The notes beneath the pieces are model-generated. The model did not search any database. It had not been told where the DNA came from and saw nothing but the letters and a program-made list of their open reading frames with translations. A DNA stretch of 64,000 nucleotides from contig JBHGNT010000018.1 in the NCBI GenBank assembly GCA_043228905.1, positions 2,356,001 through 2,420,000 of the forward strand, read 5' to 3'. The stretch comes from Azolla caroliniana (lineage: Eukaryota; Plantae; Polypodiophyta). Below are positions 50,155 through 62,100 of the stretch, in pieces (position 1 is the stretch's first letter; every line of letters begins with the position of its first letter). Made by a program: the position numbers and the translations under genes.

Positions 50155-53100
50155 ATGGCATTTCAGGTGTTGATCCGACGCGCTGCGAGGCGAAGCTCGC
50201 GTTATTCCCCTCCTTTGTCTTCTACTCCTTCTTCTTCTCCGATCTTCACCCCTGCAGGTAAGACTCAATGTTCTATTTTTTTAACCCTACCAAAGAGACG
50301 TTTTTCCGTCTCTGGAAAACCAAGTCTATGGTTTCGTTCTGCAGTTTCTTTTATGGTTTGTTTGCATCATATGAGTATATGCAACTTCATGTTTCTCTTC
50401 ACGTTTTGTGCCATTCTTCTCCAATCTTCAACTCTAGAAGGTTAAGCAATAATGTATTCCACCAAAATAAATGTCTTTATCATAAATAAAGGTTTCCGTT
50501 TACAATGCCAGATGTTTCGTTTCTTCTGACAAATTTGTATAATATTTACACGGCTTTGGATGCTCACGTTTTTTTCAGTCTGGAGAAGCATTTCCATATT
50601 TTCCCTATGCATTTCTTTGCCAAATTTGGCATGTTTCTCTCAGTCTAGAGAAGCATTTACACATTTCCCGTATGCATCTCGTTGCCAAATTCGGCATGTT
50701 TCTCTCAGTCTGAAGAAGCATTTCCACATTTCCCGTGTGCATCTCGTTGCCAAATTCGACATGTTGTATGTGGCGTCTAACAATTATGCTTTATCATTCT
50801 TAACATGTGCTACTGGAATTATGTATATTTGCACTGTTTATATACATCTCCATGGTTTTCTCAAAGTGTGTACATTCCTTGTTTCTAGTTTGTATGCTGC
50901 CTCGTTTGGAATCTTTACGTTATTGTATGTATGTTTAATAGAAGTTTCTGAACTTATGTTTTTTCTCATTTTTACTATTCTTTCCATGTGCTTCTCTACA
51001 CTTCACCTATTCTCTGTTAGTCTACATCTGCTGAATTTTATATGATTATACAATTTCTATTCACATTCCTAAAGTATATGTAATTCTTTACCAATTGCGT
51101 AAGATGAATATGGATTCGAGCCTTCAACTTTCTTGGCATTGTATTATTCTTTAAATTTTTCTATCTGTACTATTTGTGAATATGTGTGAACTGATATATC
51201 AATATGTTTCCACAGTTTCCATGAATTCCAAATTTGTCTAGTTTGAAACTTCATGTTTCTTCTCGTTTTTAAGACTTTCTTCCACTCTCTCCATCTGCAC
51301 TGTTTGTGTAGACTTACGCATAATTAGATCTCCATAGTTTTCTTTTGCATGGCCAAAATGTATGTGAGTTTTTACGACTTTACTATGCTGTTTATAGCTT
51401 TGAATTTTCATGTTCCTTTGTTTTTTATACTTCTTCACAGATGATTTGATGATTCTATCTATCCACACGTTTCATATTCTGTATGTTCTTTTGACATCTT
51501 GTCTCTTCATTCTTAGTCCTGCAAACTTGTGCTTTATGCAAAATAAATGTCATGGCTTGAAAACACTGTTTTTAAACATTTTATGCTTTTACAGTGCATC
51601 TATCTGCCCTTTTTTGTCATTCTTAGTTCTTGAAATGTGTGCTTTATGTAAGATATATGTCATGACTTGGAAACACCGTTTTTTTAATATTTTAGGCTTC
51701 TCCATATGGTTTATCTGCACTGTCTCTTCATTCTTAGTTCTGCAAACGTGTAGTTTATGCAAAATATATGTGTTGGATTGAAACACCTTTTCTTAAGATT
51801 ATATGTTTCTACAAATGCATCTAACTGCAATCTCTGAAAGAATCAAGTGATGAGAAGGTAAGATAGTCACACAGAAAACTCCGAGCAGCAGAGTAAGTGC
51901 ATAAGAGTACAAGATTTATATGATGGGAGAAATCTCTCAACGAGAGTTGGTGATAAGAAAGAACAGAGACTGAAAATGATTGTGGCGGAAGGAGGGAAGT
52001 TCACTAATCCAGACAAAGAGTTACAAGTTATTTGCTGTTGAAGGAGATGGTTCTGTTTATCGAGTCACTTGACGTGAAGGTTTTCCTGATTTGGCTGAAA
52101 AAGGTAGGTGAGGGTTTTATAGGAAAATATAGGGGAGGATGTATATAAAGAATAGGAGACTGTTAATAGCTCACAACTTCCCCTGTTGATGTGGCAGCGA
52201 GGCATAGATCTACTGATGTATAAATCTTTTCTCTACAAATATGTGCTTTATGCACAAAGTTGGGGCTCAGGAAAACGTTCTTCAACCATGAAAATATTTG
52301 CCAGACCTTTGTGTTCCTTTCTTAATATGAACTGATTTTTATGTCTATATCAGTTTAAATGATTGTTAGCTAATAATCAAGTTTCAGACTGCATGTTCTA
52401 GTTTTATTCCAGAAAAGGTTACATTTTTTACTTCTTCATGGTTGATGCCTCCGCTCTCATTTTCTGATCTTTCTTTGATCCATAACATCACATTAATACA
52501 TGGTATATCTAAACAGTGTTTATGTTTTTATAAGAGTCCGAATGTAGAAAATTAATATGATAAGTGTACAAATAAGAATGACACAATAAGCCATTGATTG
52601 TATAGTGCATGCCGTTGTGGTGTGTATTATAGCATATTTGGAGTGGATGACTCATTTCTAAAGAAATATGAGAAAGCACATCTGTTCTGTAATATACATT
52701 CGTTGGAGGGAGAAAATACAGAGATCTCTTATATTTACATGAGGAGAAGTCCCTCTTTATAAAGGCCAAGATCTGGCCGTTGGGCTAACTAGCTGTTGGA
52801 ACTAACTAGCCGTTGGGCTAGCCGTTACAACTTTTAAACATTCTCAACACTCCCCCTCAAGATGGGTGAAAAATATCCACTAAGCCCATCTTGTCACACA
52901 ATCTAGTAAGACTTACTGGCCCAAGTCCCTTTGTAAGACAATCTGCTACTTGATGTTCAGTAGAAACATGACTCAATTTTAATATTCCATTATCAAGCTT
53001 TTCTTTGATAAAGAACCTGTCGATTTCGATGTGTTTGGTCCTATCGTGCTGTACCGGATTGTTGGCAATGCTGATTGCTGACTTATTGTCACACCACAAC

Positions 53101-56100
53101 ATCATCTGATTTTCTTGATTCACCTTTAGTTCTACTAGGAGAGTTCGCAGCCATAACATCTCCGCAACTCCTATAGCAATAGCTCTATACTCTGCTTCAG
53201 CTGTTGACCTTGCTACTACTGACTGTTTCTTACTCTTCCAAGAGACTAGATTGCCTCCAACAAACATGCAGTATCCTGATGTGGATTTTCTGTCATCAGC
53301 ACAACTGGCCCAATCAGAATCACAATAGCCCTCAATGTTAAAATGACCATGTTTTCTGAAGATTAATCCCTTCCCTGGGGCACCTTTGAGATATCTCAGA
53401 ATATGGTACACTGCATCCATATGATCTTTCCTCGGATCATGCATGTAGCGACTTACCACACTTACTGCAAATGAGATATCTGGACGGGTGTGGGTCAAAT
53501 AAATCAGCCGACCTACCAATCTTTGATACCTTTCACGATCAACTTTCTCTCCCGCAAGTTCAGTTAGCTTGATCTTTTGGTCGATTGGAGAAGCTACAGG
53601 CCTACAACCCAACATTCCAGTTTCTTTGAGAAGATCAAGTACATATTTTCGCTGAGATAGAACAACTCCTTCTGCTCCACGAGCTACCTCAATTCCAAGA
53701 AAGTAGCGTAGCAATCCTACATCCTTCACCTCAAACTCTTTACCCAATTGCATCTTCAGTTGGGCAATTTCTCCTTCATCGTTACCTGTGATAATTATAT
53801 CATCCACATACACAGCAAGCAATGTAGTATGGTCCTTGTGTTGTCGAAAGAACACTGTATGGTCTGCATTCGTCTGTTGGTATCCCATACCCACCATAGC
53901 CCTTCTTAACCTGTCAAACCAGGCTCGAGGAGATTGCTTTAGTCCATAAAGCGACTTCCTAAGTTTGCAAACCTTACCTACTGTTTGAATTGTACCGAAA
54001 CCTGGGGGAACATCCATGTACACTTCCTCCATCAACTCTCCATGAAGGAATGCATTTTTTACATCTAATTGATGTAATTTCCAATCCTTATTCACTGCTA
54101 AGGAAATAAGTGTTCTAACAGTGCTCATCTTCGCCACAGGTGCAAAAGTCTCATCATAGTCAATGCCATATGTCTGACTATATCCTTTAGCCACCAATCG
54201 TGCCTTGTATCGATCTATTTTTCCCTCTGGGGTCTGTTTTATTGTAAACACCCATTTGCACCCAACCGCCTTCTTTTCCGGTGGTAGTGACACAATCTCC
54301 CAAGTTTTGTTCTTTTCAAGAGCTCCGAGTTCTTCTTGCATGGCTGCTTTCCATTTTGGATCTTCTTTAGCAACCTGCCAACACTTGGGTAAAGTGACAG
54401 AGTCTAATGATGCAATGAATGCTCTATGTGTAGCTGATATGTTAGAATAAGAGATAAACTGAGCAATATCATGAGGAAAACCATAACGATCAGGAGGGAC
54501 CCCTGCATTACTGCGAGAGGTCCTCCTAATCTCGATAGGAGAAGGAGAGGAAATCATATCACCTGTGATTTCTAGGTTCGGGAGTTCTGTAGGTATTTCA
54601 GAAGTCGAGGCAGGTCGGGACATGGAACTTGATGGCACATGTGGTGCTGAAGACGTGTTCACATTTCCGTCTTTCTGCCTCCTCTTCCTTGTATACACCT
54701 TTAGCTCCCCCTCAACTTGAGTCCCAACACATATAGGCTCCTCGTCTTCGTTTCCTTCTTCTTCCGTACCTCCTACGCTCACTTCTTTCTCAGCTGATGT
54801 AGGGGTCAGCAAAGGAATTGATCCTATTTTTAGCAACCTCTCACAATTATCTCCTTCCCTCATATTTTCAGTCTGAATTAAGTCATCAAAGGGTGAAGTT
54901 ACCCCTTGTTTATAATATGGCTCTGACTCTCTGAAATGCACATCCATGCTCACAAATAATCTCTTCTCTACTGGACTCCAGCAAACATAGCCTTTTTGTG
55001 TGGCAGAGTATCCCACAAATACACATTTTACAGCTTTAGGATCAAGTTTTCCTACTGATGGTCTACTGTCCTTTACAAAACACACACATCCAAACACCTT
55101 CAAAGGAAGGATTCCAGAGTTATTGCCTTGCAACAACTCACATGGAGACTTCCACTCCAATACTCTAGAGGGCATTCTATTGATCAATGTGGCAGCCGTC
55201 AAAACTGCCTGTCCCCACAACTGCTTTGGGACATTCATAGAAATCATCATGCTTCTCGTTACCTCTAGAAGATGTCTATTCTTCCTCTCTGCTACTCCAT
55301 TTTGTTCTGGTGTATATGGGCATGTAGTTTGATGTTGTATTCCTTGATCTGAGAGGTATGCCCTAAATGTCATGTTAGCATACTCTGTTCCATTATCAGA
55401 CCTCAACACTTTTACTACTGCACCATATTGAGTTTGAACTGCTCTATGAAAATCTTTAAAACAAGCAAATACTTCATTCTTTTTCCTCATCAAATATAAC
55501 CAAGTCACACGAGAGAAGCAGTCAATGAAAGAGACAAAATATCGATATCCATTAATAGAACTTGTGGGACATGGTCCCCAAACATCGGAGTGTATTACAT
55601 CAAATGCATGGGAACTCCTATGACCCGAACTAGCATATGAACTTTTAGTAAGCTTACCAAATTCACATGCATCACAAACAAGTTTTGTTTTATCCGCCTT
55701 TTCAAAAAGGTGTGGATACACCCGACTCAAAATGCCATAAGAGGCATGTCCCATGCGTTGGTGATGAAGTATTAACAAGTCCTCATAACTCATTCTAGAT
55801 CCCCTTACATCTATTCCCTCTACCATAGATGCTAATGCTGAATCCAGCCCTTCACGATCCAAATACCATAGTCCACTATGCCATGTGCCAGTCCCAAGTC
55901 TCCGACCTGTCCCTTTCTCCTGGAATATCACCTTGGGAATATCAAAAGAAACAACACATTTTAGTTGGTGTATGATAGAACTTATAGATAATAAGTTTAC
56001 TGGGAAAGAAGGAGCATGCAACACATTAGACAATGTCACAGAGTCGGTACATTTTACTGTACCTATACCCACTACAGGTTGTATAGTACCGTCAGCAATT

Positions 56101-59100
56101 TGAATGCTTTCTGGCATTGATAAGTGAGTATATGAGGAGAATTCACTAGCATTACCCGTCACATGCCTAGATGCACCAGAATCAATTATCCATTCTGGTG
56201 TAGAGGCAAGAGTGTTTGTGTTGCTAGTACTTGTGGCCGAATAAGCATAGGTGGCAGTGTTACCTCTTGACATGAATGAAGTATCATCTGCGGCTCTTTG
56301 CTTCCTCCTAAGTATTTCTAAGAGAGCTTGATCCTCTTCGGTGAACACCACCTTAGTTCCTTCCTCTTCTTTTGCTACCATCAAGTTTGCTTGGTAACCT
56401 CCTCGTGCACCTCTTCGGCCCCCTCGACCACGACCTCTAGTTTGTCCACGTCCTCCATATTCTCTCTCCTTAGATGGTTTAGGGCAAGCATTCTTGAAAT
56501 GACCAGCTTCACCACAATTGTAGCATTTTCGATTTTCACTTCCGCTTGTATTGGACACCATTAGTGCCGATCGTACCCCTGGAAGTCCGGTAGTGTCAGA
56601 GAGCAGCTTCATTCTACTCTCCTCTTGTATCATAGTCGCGATTGCCTCATCAAGTGTAGGAATTTCTGCCTTAGCTAGAAGAACTGCCCTTCTTTGATCA
56701 AATGACGGGTTGAGATGTTTCAAAAATTGCATAGTTCTTCTTTGAGCAGAAATTTCCTTGCTCTTACACTGAGGATCATTGCACACTGTCACAGGCGAGA
56801 AATGATCGTATTCTGCCCATAGACGCTCTAACTCTATGGCATATTCCTGGACCATCCTATCTCCCTGGCAAACAGCATCAATCTCCTGCTCGATTTGAAA
56901 TACTCTCATGTTGTTTCCCCTCCCTGCATACGTCTTTTGCAATTTCTCCCATATCTCCTTTACACTTAAAATTCCATCAACTGTTGTGGCGATTGATGGA
57001 ATCATGGAGTTTAGGAGCCACGTGTACAATGACATGTGGGTAGCTCTCCATGCTTTCCATTCATTGCTCGTTTTGATAGGAGGCTCTTTCTCTTCTCCCG
57101 TAAGGTAGCCGTCAAGGCTTCTTCCTGCCAAGGCACCTATAATCCGACGCGACCAGCTCAAGTATGTGGCTGGTCCATCGAGTTTGAACTCAACTGGGAG
57201 GAGTTCAAGTCGGGGTGGTGGTTGCATTCCTGTCACACCTCCAGATGCTACTATCTCAGCCTGTTTCATGTATTTCACCAATGTTTTCACCTCATCTTCA
57301 TTCAATTTTGAGAACACATCATCCATCTTGTCAACTTGGCCTATCTCTGCTTTCCTCTCTTGAATGCTAGGACAGTGCTGTTCCAATCACTGTCATTTCA
57401 GCAGAAGGGTAGATCTAGGGTTCTGCAGAGGACAGATCTAGGGTTTTGCAGAGGACAGATCTAGGGTTTTGCAGAGGGGCGGATCTATGCTCTGATACCA
57501 TAAAGAAATATGAGAAAGCACATCTGTTCTGTAATATACATTCGTTGGAGGGAGAAAATACAGAGATCTCTTATATTTACATGAGGAGAAGTCCCTCTTT
57601 ATAAAGGCCAAGATCTGGCCGTTGGGCTAACTAGCTGTTGGAACTAACTAGCCGTTGGGCTAGCCGTTACAACTTTTAAACATTCTCAACAATTTCGCAA
57701 TCTGGAATGGTTATGGTGTCAATGGTTATGCAGGTGGCTTCAATCCATGTCAGGGTGCTGGGCGCATTGAACGCTTGCAATTTTATTCAGCTGTTGTTTC
57801 AGCTGATTATGAAAAGAGAAATTATGCGAGAGATGTGAATCAGTATACAGATGTCTTATACAATCTAAATAATTTCAACAGGTACTTATTCCTCTTGAAA
57901 CATATTCATGATGTAAGCCTTCTTATCTTTTGTGACATATGCTTGAATGTTTATGTAGGCCTTTTTTATTGCGTGATGTTTACGATGACATGATCTTAGA
58001 TGGCATTCAACCAGTTTCAGATACATTCGCACCTCTTCTTGTGGGGTGTATGAAAGGAGGTCGTATGCAGGATGCATTTTACTTCTACGAGGAGATGAAG
58101 TGTATGGGCTATATCCCTGATGTAAGGTTATGTCTAATGTTTTGGTTAAAAAGTAAGCTAATTAAATCAGCTTAATCTTATTTACTGCACTTCAAGGATG
58201 TTTCAGATATTATCAAGCATCTTTCATGGAAATTATTATTATTGGAATGCTTCATGTTGAAAGGTGCTCAAAATCATTTGTTTGTGCATTGTAGATAGGA
58301 AATATTGCATTTAAAAGTGATGGAACCACTCAAAAGTGGAGTACTGAATGAAGACCCAAAATGAAAGATTACTTGATTCCAAATGCTTTGAAGCATATTA
58401 GAAATGTTTCCCCATGGACCCTTGAAAATATGAAGGCATGGAGTCACAAGAGACAAAACGTATGTGCTGTGAAACCGAATCAAACCAACCAAGCCGTTTA
58501 GATCAATTAATTTAAACCAAACTGTTTAAGAAAAAGTTGAACCAAATGGAACTATTTAATCACAAATCTAAACCTATTCATTTAAGGTAAGTTAACTAGA
58601 TAATTAAACAAAAAATATTAAATTATAAAAACATTTAAATTAAATTAAGCAAATCCTTCAACAAAAAAACCATTCGGGAAACAAAAACTAGAAGTTAAAA
58701 CAAAATATCAAGAAACCATTAAACTGGGCCATTTAAACTGATAAATTGATAAACCCAAGTTTAGAACCAAACTGAATTGAAACCAAACTATTTACAATAT
58801 TTGAAACCAAACAAACTCTTTAATTATATTCAAACTGATAAACTGCTATGTCTTAAGGATTTGCTTTGGTTTGGTTTGAGTCGACTTGGGGCCGATAACT
58901 AAGAGGCATTACAAATATGTGAAGGTTTTGAAACATATTGGAAACTTTCCCAAATAAAACTTGAAAATTTGAAGGTATGGGACTCGAGTATAGTTAATAA
59001 TGTAAGGTGATGCTATAATGTGTTTTGAAATTTTCAATCAATTCCTTTTGTGCATAAAGGATTAGATTCCTTTGATCCCTTTTGTAGTTTTCTTTCTAAA

Positions 59101-62100
59101 TGTGAGGAAGAAGTGCTTTTGGCACATAACGCTACAAACTTCATTTTTTGCTGTCTTTCTTATGGATCTTGCGAGCTGACTCTACTATATGGAATATATA
59201 TGTTCTTATAGTAATATATCTTATTGGTTGTTTATAACTTTTCATTGCTATTTAGGCGACAATATTGAAGTGTCCTTTGAAGGTGTAAAGCTTCATAATT
59301 GTGGTGCACAATAGTTAGTTAGATTTATGAGATCATAGACAACCTGACTTGACTTTTTCAGTGTTCTCTTTACCTCAGGCATTGGAAGTTTTGAGAAAGC
59401 CTTTCGATCTGATAAGTCAGGATCATAGTCTTTTCATGCATTGGAAGGTTTGAGAAAGCCTTTCGATCTGATAAGTCAAGGTCATAGTCTTTTCATGGAT
59501 GTATAGTCTTTGACCACAGTGATTTGGGATATGCAATGCCTGAGAGTTTAGGCTGTTGTTTTTATGGTGGAATTAAAAGCCTGGAAAAATTTCTTGATAT
59601 TAGGCCCCATTGGTTGAATATCATTCTTCACTTTTAAGGTCTGTTAGCTTTGGTTGAATATCAATGAGCTTGAATGGAACCCAATGTGTTTTAGAAGGTG
59701 CTCTAGCTTGTTTGCTATATCACATTTGACATAGTCAAAGGGAACATTATGTAGATACATTTTGCACACTGTTTGGACCTCTTTAGTTGGATATTTTAGC
59801 GTTATGACCATGGACCAAGAAATTATTTCTGTGTTATTAGTTTTATTAACTTTCCATTAACTTAAATATGGTAGTGACTGAGTTTTATGCAATAAGTTTA
59901 CTGTGCATGTTATGTTTAAATGGCAGGATTTGACATTCAACTGTTTGATTGCAACTTGCGGTAAATGCCGTCACCAGCGTCGTGCATTTCAGGTTGATGT
60001 AACTTCGTCATTGATTTTTTTTTTTGTGGATCATGCTTTAGCCTGTTGATATCCATCTATGATAGAGCCATCAGTTTATTGCAAATTAATTTTCAGTGGT
60101 TCTTTGTGAGTTCTCAGGACATTAGTTCTGTGCTGGTAGAGACATTTCTGTTTTCAAAAGTAATTATGCTAAATTGATCTGTTCTTATTATGTCAAATGT
60201 CCTAGGAAGTTTGATGGTAGGTTCTGAACAGTGTGCTATGGAAAAGTGATTGTTCTATATATTCCAGAGTCCTAGGAAAAAAGTTACTCTTGAAATTATT
60301 CGTGGTCTTGTGTTTTATATACTCAGGAAATGCTGCTTGATCCATCATTGATAAAACAATTCCACTTGCACTAAATTTTTTTGGAATCATTTTCATTGCA
60401 CATCGACTATTGTTAGGTGGCTTATAACTAAGGCATTTCTTGCAACTTTCAGTTGTGACGAGATGTTCAGTTTCATTTCTTTATCCTTATGGGTATGTAT
60501 CCTTACAGGATATGTTTATTTGTATGCATGAATTAACTTGACTATTAGTATTTTAATTTATATTTTGAATGGATTTCTATATTTATTTCTTTTTCTCTTC
60601 ACTTTTTGCTATACTTCTTCATGGTTGAACAGTATCACAACTCAAGATACGATAGAAACTCATTTTCATGGTTCTTTAATTAGCGAGCATCTATTCCTGA
60701 GCATTGATGATGTGTGTATGGATGCATAGTTTGTTATATGCAGGTTATTCGCAACCTCAGCATTCGAGAGCTTTGTAGCTTTTATGTATCATATGCGTGT
60801 TGTTTTCTTCTATTGAAATCTTTTCTTCCTTTCCTTTTGTTTTCTCTTTTAATTTATTCTTTATATTCATAAGTTCAAACTCTTGGTTTGGCTTTATGAA
60901 AGCATATCTATGTATGTGGGACAGGTATCTAAAAACATATAGAAGGCGTCCAGTTTATGATCTTGTTGATGTTTATTTGCACTTCTTTAGTTAAAGACTA
61001 AAAAACGGCTTTTATATGTACTGTGGTAAGTTTTTTATTTCTCGCAAACTGGTTGCCATTACTTAGTTAAAATCAAGAGTGCATAGGAAATACTAGTGAA
61101 CAGTCTAGATGTGTTTCTACAAGAAGGTGGCTAATGCCAAAATCTTACTTTGGCAAGGTTGTGGAGGAGATGCTGCATTTTGGTTTGCGTCCAAAACTGA
61201 AAACATTAACTGCACTTCTGGGAGCATGTGGTGCAGCAGGCTTGCCAAAGGAAGCGTGAGTATATTAGTTTTTTTTCTTCTTTTGGATTTAGCATCATCT
61301 ATTCAACTTATCTATATGTAAACATTTGTTCTAAGTTTTCAGGGCAGGTGTTGTACAAAGGATAACAGAGTCTGGGCTTGCGTTAAATAAGTACTGTTAT
61401 GCTGCACTCATAGCTGCAGAGAAAAACCAGCCAGTGAAGAAAAATGACACATTTGATAAAGTTAGAATTTCTTGATTATCTGGAGTTACTGTATTTATGT
61501 TCTTCAGGATTAATTTACTAATTTATTGGATTGTTTTATTGTTTCATAGATTTTGGATATATTAAGGCAGGCAAGAAGCTGGTCAGGTCTAGACATGTTT
61601 GGTGGTGGACGTGATGGAGGGGATATAATTGACGAAACTGATGAATATATTTATTGTTTACCTACTGTTGACTTTGTACGAGGACGTGCGAATATTGTTG
61701 ATCGACGTTTGACTGTATATCATGCAGCCCTTTCAGCATGTGCAGATCTAAAAAATACGTCAGTAAGTTTTTGATAACACACCTAAGCGACTTTCGATTT
61801 TCTTTGTTGTATAGTTTGCATCTATGAGCTCTTATAACTCGACATATTGTGATAGAATGACAAGTTTAAATTTTGGATGGAGTAAATGAATAGATATCTT
61901 GTGAGTCCTTATACAAGATGCAAATATACAAGCACTCATTTTGACAGTGAACACATTGCAGAGCAGTCTGATATTTTCTGTATTTTGCTGGAGGGATAAA
62001 TGATGTGATGGGTCTGATGGTAGAGTGTGCTGAACGATGGTTACAGTATAGAGAATGTTTTCCATTTTTGTTCTCTTTATATTCTGTGCATTAATATTAT

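Larger units (their letters stand above)
52659..57691 (-). mobile_element. Intact, very young Ty1/Copia (Ale/Retrofit-type) element in PPR intron 1
   Basis: Identical 191-bp LTRs (52659-52849, 57501-57691); perfect TSD ATTTC (52654-52658 / 57692-57696); PBS TGGTATCAGAGC (57489-57500) abutting the LTR; PPT GAGGGGGAG (52850-52858). Confidence 0.97.

Noticed and set aside
50560-51781. Hydrophobic ORFs of 161 and 123 aa
   Set aside because: T-rich intronic tandem repeats within PPR intron 1; no coding signal.
51835-52215. Purine-rich insert resembling a reverse solo LTR in intron 1
   Set aside because: No convincing TG...CA termini or TSD.
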